Shown: positions 39,539 through 47,922 of the stretch, one piece after another | Layout of the letters: each line of letters starts with the position of its first letter | Numbering within the stretch: the first letter of the stretch is position 1 | Assembly: GCA_963741955.1 (NCBI GenBank) | Contig: CAVUKB010000006.1 | Coordinates: forward strand, 224,001-288,000 | Length of the DNA stretch: 64,000 bases | Direction of reading: 5' to 3' | DNA from: an uncultured Acidobacteriota bacterium | GTDB taxonomy: Bacteria > Acidobacteriota > Thermoanaerobaculia > Gp7-AA8 | Translations under genes and position numbers: made by a program | Notes under the pieces: model-generated | What the model saw: only the letters and a program-made list of their open reading frames with translations | Told to the model about the DNA's origin: nothing | Database searches by the model: none

Positions 39539-39985
39539 TCAGTCCGCGGGAGGTTCGTGCCATCCGGGCGTGAGCGGTTCGACGGCCACGAGCAGCCGGC
39601 GGGGTGCGCAGCGGAAGCGTTCCGCCAACTCGGGAGCGAGCCACCCGCGCACGGAATCTCCTTCCACTTCGTAGAGATTCCAGGAAGCACTCTCGTCGTT
39701 GCCGATCCACGCGAGTCGCGCCGAAGCACGCTTTTCCTTCCCATCGCAGCAGGTGGAGAAGGTGAGCCGGAGCGGACCCCCGCTACAGCCGGCCTCTCGA
39801 GCGAGCGCGTCGATCAGGTGATCGAGTCCTGTCGGAAGGGGCACTTCTCCGTTGTCCCGGAACAGCCATCGATCCCCGTCGCGGTACGGGTAGAGGACGA
39901 GCGTGTCCGCATCGATCATCGAGGCTGTTGCCACGGGCCGGTCCTGCCGCAACTCGGATTCGGAATGGTCACTCTCGAGATTCAT
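39539..39985 (-). CDS. DUF6717-like protein (divergent)
   Basis: LYPYR..WLF.D, G.D..ID, LTFS, W..Y, GWLAPEL..F..AP, recalled as resembling DUF6717; RBS AAGGGGGAG. Confidence 0.55.
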   Translation of the reverse strand: MNLESDHSESELRQDRPVATASMIDADTLVLYPYRDGDRWLFRDNGEVPLPTGLDHLIDALAREAGCSGGPLRLTFSTCCDGKEKRASARLAWIGNDESASWNLYEVEGDSVRGWLAPELAERFRCAPRRLLVAVEPLTPGWHEPPAD

Positions 39986-40011
39986 CGACTCCCCCTTCGC
40001 ATCATCAGACG

Positions 40012-40026
40012 GCAAGAGGAGTGCCA
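40012..40026 (-). promoter_or_regulatory. Sigma-54 promoter (-24/-12)
   Basis: Minus strand TGGCAC-TCCTC-TTGC, an exact consensus, 27 bp before ATG 39985. Confidence 0.75.
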
Positions 40027-40042
40027 GTGATTCTCGAGGGCA

Positions 40043-40498
40043 TCAACGGATCTCGGGCGGCGTGCGCGGTTCCTCACTGCGGATCACCGTATCGGAGTCG
40101 TGAAGCCGCGCATTGATCCGGCCCAGCAGAATGCGTGCGACGCGCAGATCGTGCCCCGCATCGATTACCAGAACCACGAAATCGCCTCCGGCCCACATCA
40201 GCCCCGCCACCACGATCAAACGTGTCGCCTCTGCGAGGAGCGTCACGATTGCTCCGGATCCCTCCGTCATCAGTCCGGTGATCACTTCGCCGATCAGAAC
40301 CACCACGATCAGGACTGCGAGGATCTTGAAAAGCCCTGCGATGTAACGGAGCGTGACGTACGGCTCCAGGTCGGAGCTGCGAACGCCCGCCAACCCGTTC
40401 GATCGCTGCTCTTCGAATGGAGGCGCCCCGCACGTCTCGCAGACTTTCGTGGTATCGATGCGCTCCGCTCCGCAGTCGGGACACTCAATCGTCGTCAT
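40043..40498 (-). CDS. Zinc-ribbon plus 2-TM hypothetical protein
   Basis: CPDCG..CETCG, then DLEPYVTLRYIAGLFKILAV and a second TM; RBS AGGAGGT. Confidence 0.75.
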   Translation of the reverse strand: MTTIECPDCGAERIDTTKVCETCGAPPFEEQRSNGLAGVRSSDLEPYVTLRYIAGLFKILAVLIVVVLIGEVITGLMTEGSGAIVTLLAEATRLIVVAGLMWAGGDFVVLVIDAGHDLRVARILLGRINARLHDSDTVIRSEEPRTPPEIR

Positions 40499-40590
40499 TT
40501 CTTTACCTCCTGTGTTGCGCTCGGCAGCCACGAGTGCGGCTTTGCGTCGAACGCGGCCGTTCCCGGATGCTTCGTTCCGCGACGGGTATT

Positions 40591-40605
40591 GCAACAAAAC
40601 GACCA
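40591..40605 (-). promoter_or_regulatory. Possible sigma-54 promoter
   Basis: Minus strand TGGTCG-TTTTG-TTGC(A) with correct GG-N10-GC spacing. Confidence 0.45.
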
Positions 40606-40624
40606 CGGCCTTTCTCTGCCGTGC

Positions 40625-41740
40625 TCAACCGAGCCATCGAGCCCGATAGCCGCGCACGTCGATGTGAACAAATGGACCATGTCCGCAACATGCGTCGTAC
40701 GTCCCGACGCCTCCGATCAGAGCGGGGTATTTCTTTTCCACGCGATCCGCCGCCGCGGCCAGAACCTTCGCATCACGTTCATCGATTTTTCCATCGCCGT
40801 TGAGGTCGTCCATCCAGCCGTTGCGGTCGTTGTCGATGAACACGTCTGACGCATCGCCGTACATGTGACGGCTGAGATTCGCCCGGCCCTGAGTGTTTCC
40901 TCCCGCTTCGTTGTACTGCGGCGTGCGGAATCCGCTCATGATCTCCATGTGCGTCACCGGGTGCCCCTCCGACTGGAGCTCTTCGATCACGAGTTCGAGC
41001 TTGTCGAGAAGCCGCGGCTGGAGAACGAGGTACTTCGGCCAGACGTCGGACTGCCCCTTGGTCAGAAAGTCGCGGAGACGGAAGTGCTCCGAGACGCGGG
41101 TACTCTGATTCTGCGGAGTGACTTCGATGAACCCGGACGGGTTCTCGTAACGCGGCGTCTTCGGGGTGCCGCCGTTCTCGAAGGGCCAGGTTCCGAGAAA
41201 GTACGAGCCGATGTGCCCTTTCGTCTTCGAGGTGAATGGAACCAGGGAGACCACATTCAGGTCCGGGATCGCACGCTGGGCCTCGCCGAGGCCGACCGCG
41301 AGACGGTACAGGCCGGGGTGCTCCGGTATTCTGAAATTCGGGGACGCGAGGCTGATGCCGTTCGGACCGATATAGCGGGCCTCGAGGTTTCCGTGCTCTC
41401 CGACCGGAAGACGCTTCCCGGGCTCACCGATCACTTCATTCACCTTCCCGCTATACCCGCGGAGGGGACTGAGAAAACGGACTGCGGCGTCGTTGAGATA
41501 CGAGACCGACGAGGCTCCGGGATCGAGAAGCGACGAGGCGACTCGCGAGGTCGGCCCGGGAGGTGCTTCGGAGGGGGAGAAGGTGGCCGCATGCTGCGAC
41601 AGATACGTCGCGTGGATCGACCAGCCCCAGGCCGCGGAGAAGACGACCACCAGGATGCTTGCTCCGATCCAGAGGCCTCGGGTCTGCCGGGGAGTGAATC
41701 CCCTGCTGCGCCAGCTCCGCGGTCGGGACCGTGGGAACAT
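40625..41740 (-). CDS. Peptidase M15 family (D-Ala-D-Ala carboxypeptidase/YcbK-like), membrane anchored
   Basis: SEHFRLRDF, SGFRTPQYN, SRHMYGDASD (H-x6-D), FVHIDVRG; N-terminal TM. Confidence 0.85.
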   Translation of the reverse strand: MFPRSRPRSWRSRGFTPRQTRGLWIGASILVVVFSAAWGWSIHATYLSQHAATFSPSEAPPGPTSRVASSLLDPGASSVSYLNDAAVRFLSPLRGYSGKVNEVIGEPGKRLPVGEHGNLEARYIGPNGISLASPNFRIPEHPGLYRLAVGLGEAQRAIPDLNVVSLVPFTSKTKGHIGSYFLGTWPFENGGTPKTPRYENPSGFIEVTPQNQSTRVSEHFRLRDFLTKGQSDVWPKYLVLQPRLLDKLELVIEELQSEGHPVTHMEIMSGFRTPQYNEAGGNTQGRANLSRHMYGDASDVFIDNDRNGWMDDLNGDGKIDERDAKVLAAAADRVEKKYPALIGGVGTYDACCGHGPFVHIDVRGYRARWLG

Positions 41741-41929
41741 GGTGTGTTCTCGCGAGCTCATCTCCGCGCGTATCAATGCCAGACCGGGGCCAGCGCGAGT
41801 GGTGACGGGCGGCGGTGTCGTTGGCCGAGGCGAAGTCGCGGCGAAGCCGTGCTCGCGAGGATCGTGCATGGCCACCGACGCTTCGCGCAGCGCCACAGTC
41901 TCCGTCTTCCTCGGCTTCGACCAGATCCA

Positions 41930-42003
41930 CGCGGCGGATCAGAGGATCCGCACCCCTCGGGAGAGCTGCAGGTTGTGGGGTGCAGATCCTCCGATCTGCC
42001 GCG
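41930..42003. repeat. Isolated inverted doublet of the array REP
   Basis: CGCGGCGGATCAGAGGATCCGCACCCCTCGG, 16-bp linker, GGGGTGCAGATCCTCCGATCTGCCGCG. Confidence 0.85.
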
Positions 42004-42060
42004 CGAATCGAGCTCGGCATCCGTGGAAGGCCGCGGCTTCTCGATGAGGGAGGGATCCGT

Positions 42061-43464
42061 TTACGGAAAATAGCCTCTCGGGTACCGCAGCTGAACTCCC
42101 GGCAGACGGCAGTCGAGTCGTACCGGGTGCCACTGGTCCTTCCCGTTGTCTTCCGTGTAGAACGAGACGAGGTACTGCTGACTCAGCTCTGCCGCGATCC
42201 GGGCATAGACGCCCCCGAGCTCGCTCGGACTCCGAATGATGAAGTACGTGGCGCCGGTGTCGCGGGCCAGATTCGCGAACTGCTTCGCTTTCATCGTGAA
42301 GCCGAGCCCGAACCGCATCAGCCGCGAGAGCATCCGGTTCTTTACGATCGGGTAGATCGGGATGCCGCACGAGCGCGCGTAGTAGACCATGTGATCGAGG
42401 TTGAACTCGCCGCCCTGGTTCATGCCGTCGGTCAGGACCACCAGGGCCTTGCGCCCGGGCATCTTCTGAAGCTGGAACAGCATCTCGATCACCGCGTCGT
42501 AAAGATGCGTCTCCCCCATCGGCCGGAGCTTCTCGACCGCACGATCGACCGCCGCCGGATCCGACGTGAACGGCGTCAACCAGATGGTTCGCTCCCGGAA
42601 CGCGACGATCGCGATCCGGTCCTGCGGCCGGATCAACTGCCGCGCGAAACGCTTTGCGGCCTCTTTCACCACCGGAAGCTCCTCCAGCATGCTCTCGGAG
42701 CTGTCCATCAGCACGATCACATTCAGCGGCTGATCGCTGGCGGAGATCACTTCTTCGATCTTCCGGGGTGTTCCGTTGTCGATGAGGGTCAGGTCTGAAC
42801 CACTCAGTCGATGCGGGCTCTCCCCCATCACCGAGACCGGGAGGTGGTGGATGTTCACCTCGACGTTCTCGGACGGATGCCCACCCATGAATGCAACGTC
42901 GTTGGCCTCCAGCCCCCCGGCTCCGCGCGCAACTGCCCTGACGTAGGAAGCTCTCGGGAAGTGGCCGACGTCGAAGGCGACGTTGTACGGTGGAGTCGCA
43001 TCACTGCCGATCAACGTCTCGCCGAGGTAGAAGTCGACGGCCTGGACGGGAACGTTCGGAGGCGCGGTGACGGATGCGGAGATCTCGGCCATTCCTTCCG
43101 CCGGCTCCTCGGCCGGTGCGACCAGGCGAATCCGGAACGGCGGCTGCGGATCATTGAGGACGATCTCGTCTTCGCCGGCTTCCTTCCCCTCGGCATCGAA
43201 TCCGACCGCTCGGATGCGAAGACGCCTGATGTACTCGCCAACCTCGATCGGGAACACCATCGACCGGCCGCTCTTCTCGGCGTAGCGGACTCCGTTGATC
43301 GAGACGACGACCCTCGCCACCTGCGGCTGCGTGGAGACCGGAAGGACGAAATGGCCGTGGACGAGTCCCTGGGGAGCGAGTGTGATCTCCACCGGATTCT
43401 CCACGCTGAAAAGGGAGCAGGGGACGAGAAGGAGAAGGAGGGAGAGCGAGAGTCGGCGGAGCAT
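42061..43464 (-). CDS. Secreted Ig-like plus VWA domain protein
   Basis: Signal peptide, VDFYLG..PPY Ig-like motif, MIDAS DSSES, THLYDA, LTDG, TGA.YF, ELSQQY. Confidence 0.88.
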   Translation of the reverse strand: MLRRLSLSLLLLLVPCSLFSVENPVEITLAPQGLVHGHFVLPVSTQPQVARVVVSINGVRYAEKSGRSMVFPIEVGEYIRRLRIRAVGFDAEGKEAGEDEIVLNDPQPPFRIRLVAPAEEPAEGMAEISASVTAPPNVPVQAVDFYLGETLIGSDATPPYNVAFDVGHFPRASYVRAVARGAGGLEANDVAFMGGHPSENVEVNIHHLPVSVMGESPHRLSGSDLTLIDNGTPRKIEEVISASDQPLNVIVLMDSSESMLEELPVVKEAAKRFARQLIRPQDRIAIVAFRERTIWLTPFTSDPAAVDRAVEKLRPMGETHLYDAVIEMLFQLQKMPGRKALVVLTDGMNQGGEFNLDHMVYYARSCGIPIYPIVKNRMLSRLMRFGLGFTMKAKQFANLARDTGATYFIIRSPSELGGVYARIAAELSQQYLVSFYTEDNGKDQWHPVRLDCRLPGVQLRYPRGYFP

Positions 43465-43547
43465 CAATGAGGAGAACCAGACGGCAGACGGCGCGATTTC
43501 GTCCAGGGTTCGCCTTGACTGCATCGATCCACCGGATCGATGATTCA

Positions 43548-44924
43548 ATGATGAGATCCCTCGTTCCGGCTCTCCTTCTGCTCTTTGCAACGACCGCGGC
43601 GGGACAGCAGTCCATTCAGCCCTCTCTTTCGATCTGGCCTGCTGCTCCCAGCACCAGGGACGCAGTGGCGGTCGATCTACGGGTCGCGCTGAGCGAGTGT
43701 GTCCCTCCAACACGTGACGTATCGATGGAGGGGACGGAGATCACGATCACCCTGCACAGTCGGGGCGGTCTCTGTCCGCCGCCGGCGGGAGGGCTGATCT
43801 ACGCAACCCATATCGCAGTCGGCCCGCTGAAGGCCGGGCATTATGGAGTTCGCGCGGTGATGGCTGGATCGGAACTGATCGTTCGCGAGTTCAACGTGGC
43901 GCCGGCGGCGGTGATCACCTCGATCGAACCGAGGAATGCAACGGTTGCGGGTGGAGCTCCAGTGACGATCAGGGGCATGAACCTTTATCAGGATCCCATC
44001 TGTGGGCCCTTTCCCGGGCCCTGCGCGACGACCACGGTCGCGTTCGGATCCACGGATGTGCCGGTGGTATCGCACTCGAGTGATGCGATCGTGGTCCAGG
44101 CGCCTCCGCACGCAGCGGGAGTGGTGGACCTGACCGTGTACCGCACCGACGGCCGGACCGCAACGGAGGAGCGCGGGTTTCTGTTCGGAGATCGTGCGCT
44201 CGAAAAATGGCTGATCCCCGTGAGCGTGCCGGACGTGGTCGACGGCGCACTCGGCTCTCGATGGGTGACTGAGCTCGAGCTCTCGAACCGAGCGTCGGTG
44301 CCCGCTCTATTCTTCGTCCCTTCGAGCTTTGACCTCGAACCATCTGGGCTCGGCCAGTACACGAATCTCTCCCCCGGCGAGATTTTCGCCACCCCGCCGA
44401 TGCCGAGGTTTCCCGGTGGCGGTGCGTTCGTGTACGTCGATCCGATTGCCGCGCGGTCGCTGGCGAGATCTCTGAGAGTGAGGGATCTCTCGGTCGATGC
44501 CCGTGCCTTCGCGGCGCCCGTGCCGATCGTGTCTGAGCGCGAGGGATTTATCGGCTCTCTGTTGTTTCTCGGCGTACCGACGGACCCGCAGTACCGGATC
44601 AACGTCCGCCTCTACGACTTCGCGGGCGAATTGGGTCACGACTTCTATGTCGAGACGAGGAGTGTATCCGGCCAGCGGCTGGGAATCTTTCACGGATTGA
44701 CCTCTCGAAACGACGCGGAGACCGATCCGCCGCGATGGCCCGGATACGGCGAAGTGGATGATCTCGCGTCCAGGCTTCCCGCCATCCGAAAAGAGAATCG
44801 AGTCGACGTTGTAGTCGGCTCGAGCCACATGCGGAGATGGTGGGCGATGTTGACGATCACGGACAATCGGACCCAGCAGGTGACGATCGTGACGCCGTCC
44901 GGAACCGACTTAGGGGCGAACTGA
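43548..44924 (+). CDS. Secreted IPT/TIG domain protein
   Basis: Signal peptide, ITSIEP..GGAPVTIRG.N, APPHAAGVVD, GALGSRWVTEL, DNRTQQVT. Confidence 0.8.
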   Translation: MMRSLVPALLLLFATTAAGQQSIQPSLSIWPAAPSTRDAVAVDLRVALSECVPPTRDVSMEGTEITITLHSRGGLCPPPAGGLIYATHIAVGPLKAGHYGVRAVMAGSELIVREFNVAPAAVITSIEPRNATVAGGAPVTIRGMNLYQDPICGPFPGPCATTTVAFGSTDVPVVSHSSDAIVVQAPPHAAGVVDLTVYRTDGRTATEERGFLFGDRALEKWLIPVSVPDVVDGALGSRWVTELELSNRASVPALFFVPSSFDLEPSGLGQYTNLSPGEIFATPPMPRFPGGGAFVYVDPIAARSLARSLRVRDLSVDARAFAAPVPIVSEREGFIGSLLFLGVPTDPQYRINVRLYDFAGELGHDFYVETRSVSGQRLGIFHGLTSRNDAETDPPRWPGYGEVDDLASRLPAIRKENRVDVVVGSSHMRRWWAMLTITDNRTQQVTIVTPSGTDLGAN

Positions 44925-44947
44925 GGACCAGCGCGAACGAAAGCGTC

Positions 44948-45997
44948 TCACCGCACCTGCTCGAACGTGCAGCTCTTCGGCTTCTTGTCGGTTCTCCAGC
45001 GAAGGAATTTCGTGCCGTGCCGGAAGCGATCGCCGCTGAAGTAGTCGTACTGCACTTCGCAGACGAGCTTCGGCGCGACCGGTATGTATTGATTGTCGTC
45101 CCGCGACCAGCGGCTGCGTCCGGGCGCTTTTCCGTCGAATCCTCCCTTCCCCGAGATCGGTTCGAGAAGTGACTTCAGCTTCTTCTTCTCCGCGGCGTTG
45201 AAGCTCGAGCAGTGGCCGACGTGATGCAGCCGCCCCTCGGCGTCGTAAAGCCCGAGGATGATCGCGCCGACCTGCTTCCCGTCCGACGACAGCCGATACC
45301 CTCCGACCACGCAATCCGCTTCGCGGAGGTGCTTGACCTTCACCATCCCGCGGCGCTCTCCGGAGAGATACGGGAGATCGAGCTCCTTCGCCATCACTCC
45401 TTCGAGTCGGTAGCGGTCGCAGTTGTCGAACCAGTCGACTGCGACCTTCCGGTCCGTGGTGGCCGGTGACAGCTTGACCGGCGAGTCGTCGGCGATCCCG
45501 ACGAAAAAGCTTTCGAGCCGTTCTCTCCGATCACGAAGAGGAAGCTCATGCATCGAGTCGGCACTCTTCTTTTTCTTCCCGGGGGCGACGAGAAGGTCGA
45601 ACACGAAATACTGAGCGGGGGTCTCCTCGGCGAGCTTCCGGATACGCGACTCCGCCGGATGAAGCCGAAGCTGGAGCGAGTCGAACGAGAGGCGGTCGCC
45701 GACCGGAAGGACGATCTCACCGTCGAGGACGAACGGATCGGGCGCAAGCGCCCGAAACGCGTCGACGAGCTCGGGGAAATAGCGTCCGAGAGGCTGTCCG
45801 GACTTCGACTGGATCACGACCTCGTCGCCGCTGCGGAAGACGATTGCCCGGAACCCATCCCACTTCGGCTCGTATTGCCACTGATCGCCGGCGGGAACCT
45901 CCGTCGCCCGGGTCGCCTCCATGGGGGGAAAGGGAATCGGGAGAGGGAGCGAGAGTTTCGGGAACTCGCTCCCTCTTCTTTTCTGCACCGCTCTCAT
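44948..45997 (-). CDS. ATP-dependent DNA ligase (LigC-like)
   Basis: EPKWDGFR (KxDG), LDGEI, FDLL, EGVMAK, KVK, DCVVGG, FRHG..RWR.DK. Start approximate. Confidence 0.92.
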   Translation of the reverse strand: MRAVQKRRGSEFPKLSLPLPIPFPPMEATRATEVPAGDQWQYEPKWDGFRAIVFRSGDEVVIQSKSGQPLGRYFPELVDAFRALAPDPFVLDGEIVLPVGDRLSFDSLQLRLHPAESRIRKLAEETPAQYFVFDLLVAPGKKKKSADSMHELPLRDRRERLESFFVGIADDSPVKLSPATTDRKVAVDWFDNCDRYRLEGVMAKELDLPYLSGERRGMVKVKHLREADCVVGGYRLSSDGKQVGAIILGLYDAEGRLHHVGHCSSFNAAEKKKLKSLLEPISGKGGFDGKAPGRSRWSRDDNQYIPVAPKLVCEVQYDYFSGDRFRHGTKFLRWRTDKKPKSCTFEQVR

Positions 45998-46229
45998 GCC
46001 CCAGGCACACTGCGAGGGGAATGCCGGAGCGTGGTGAAGTGATGGGACCTCACTCGTGCGACCCGATGTCGCGAGCTTCAGAGAGCGCGACTCGTTCGCT
46101 GACCGCGTCGCGTTCGAAAGATCGTCGCGATGCGTCCTGGGCTTTGAGCATTTCGAAGCGGACTGGACCTCGAGAGTAGAATGACGAGCCCAGAGGAAAC
46201 CGGAGTCTGGTTTCGGAGCAGGAGGGACC

Positions 46230-47186
46230 ATGCACGTCGTCATCCCGGACGATTATCAGGACGCGGTGAGGAGCCTCGCGTGTTTTGCGAAGCTCGCACC
46301 CCACCGGGTCACGATATTCAACGACTCGGTCAGCGCCGCGGCGGACCTCGCCGGCCGTTTCGCCGAAGCCGATGCGCTGATCCTCATCCGTGAGAGGACC
46401 TGCGTCACTGCAGATCTCCTTTCGAGACTGCCCCGGCTGAGACTGATCAGTCAGACGGGTCGAGGGACCTCACACATCGACGTGGAGGAATGCACGCGAC
46501 GCGGCATCACGGTGTGTGCCGGCACGGGTTCTCCGTGGGCTCCGGCCGAGCTCACCTGGGCTCTGGTTCTCGCAGCCTCGCGTGGAGTGGCGCGCGAAGC
46601 GGACGCGCTGCACCAGGGACAATGGCAGACATCGCTCGGACGGACCGTCCGGGGACGGACGCTAGGAATCTGGGGATACGGAAAGATCGGAAGTCTCGTC
46701 GCGAGTTTCGGTCGTGCCTTCGGAATGGACGTTCTCGCCTGGGGACGCGAAGGATCGAGAACGCGGAGTCTGGCCGACGGCTGCCGCTTCGCCGCGTCGC
46801 GCGAGGAGCTTTTCGACTCGTCGGACGTCCTGTCGCTTCACGCGCGGCTCACACCCGAGACGCGCGGCATCGTGACCTCCGACGATCTCTCGCGGATGAA
46901 AGCCGACGCGCTTCTGGTGAACACGGCTCGGGCGGAACTGATCGAGCCGGGAGCGCTGGTCCGTGCTCTCCGCGCGGGACGTCCGGGATTCGCCGCGCTC
47001 GACGTGTACGACGAAGAGCCTCTGCCCGACCGCAATCCTCTCCTGAAAATGAAGAACGTCCTCTGCACGCCGCATCTCGGCTACGTCGAGCGTGACAGCT
47101 ACGAGCTCTACTTCGGGCAGGCGTTCGACCAGGTACTCGCATTCGCGGCAGGAGAACCGATCAACGTGGTGAATCCTGCCAGATGA
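46230..47186 (+). CDS. D-2-hydroxyacid dehydrogenase family protein
   Basis: IRERT, GYGKIG, VNTARA, DVYDEEP, TPHLGY. Confidence 0.93.
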   Translation: MHVVIPDDYQDAVRSLACFAKLAPHRVTIFNDSVSAAADLAGRFAEADALILIRERTCVTADLLSRLPRLRLISQTGRGTSHIDVEECTRRGITVCAGTGSPWAPAELTWALVLAASRGVAREADALHQGQWQTSLGRTVRGRTLGIWGYGKIGSLVASFGRAFGMDVLAWGREGSRTRSLADGCRFAASREELFDSSDVLSLHARLTPETRGIVTSDDLSRMKADALLVNTARAELIEPGALVRALRAGRPGFAALDVYDEEPLPDRNPLLKMKNVLCTPHLGYVERDSYELYFGQAFDQVLAFAAGEPINVVNPAR

Positions 47187-47202
47187 ACCGGGAGTCTGCG
47201 TG

Positions 47203-47260
47203 GTAGCCCGGATCATTCACGGGATTTCGTCGCGAGGAGTGCAAGGCGGGCCTGGATGCA
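47203..47260 (+). repeat. Left arm of hairpin element family B
   Basis: TAGCCCGGATCATTCACGGGATTTCGTCGCGAGGAGTGCAAGGCGGGCCTGGATGCA. Confidence 0.7.
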
Positions 47261-47427
47261 CGCGAGACTCGGGATGGATCTGAACCGCTGATCCACCTTC
47301 GCTGGAGGACTGCTTCTACCACGCAGGCCCTGAGGGTCAGATCTTCAGTTACGAGAAGCGGCGCGCCGGGCCGATTCGGGTCGACTCGATTCTGCCCGCC
47401 GGACCTCGATTCGAAACAGCCCGGAGA

Positions 47428-47922
47428 TCACGGCGTGCCGGAGTCGTCCGCCTTCGGCTTCAATGTCCGGATATACTGCACGAGCTCACCGATCTCACGC
47501 TGGCTCAACGTCGGACTCCATGGAGGCATCTCGGCGGAGAGTCCCGCCGCGCCTCCTCCCGTCGAGATCACCGCGACGAGATCATCGTCGGTATGGGAGC
47601 TCTGAAAGGAAGGATCCCCAAGGTCCTGAGGTTTCGGATCGAGGTTGTAAGAATTGAATCCATCTCCATGACCTTCGGTTCCATGGCAGACCTCGCAGTA
47701 ATGCCCGAAGAGCACGTGCCCTTCACGGGTGCGGTACGGAAGGTCCGGCTGCGGCAGCGGGGACCGGGCCGCCATGCCGGCGCTCGGCTCGACCGCGCTC
47801 GTGGTCTCTCTGGAACATCCCATGACTGCAAGAAGACCGAGCGCGATCGTGATGACGACGGTGATGACGATCCCGCGATCTCCACGCGGGAAGGACGAAG
47901 CGAGTCCCATGCAGTGTTTCAC
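47428..47922 (-). CDS. Monoheme class I cytochrome c, membrane/lipid anchored
   Basis: CEVCH, G.G.GDG, distal MPPW; hydrophobic N-terminus ending VMGC; GTG start overlaps the upstream stop. Confidence 0.88.
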   Translation of the reverse strand: MKHCMGLASSFPRGDRGIVITVVITIALGLLAVMGCSRETTSAVEPSAGMAARSPLPQPDLPYRTREGHVLFGHYCEVCHGTEGHGDGFNSYNLDPKPQDLGDPSFQSSHTDDDLVAVISTGGGAAGLSAEMPPWSPTLSQREIGELVQYIRTLKPKADDSGTP

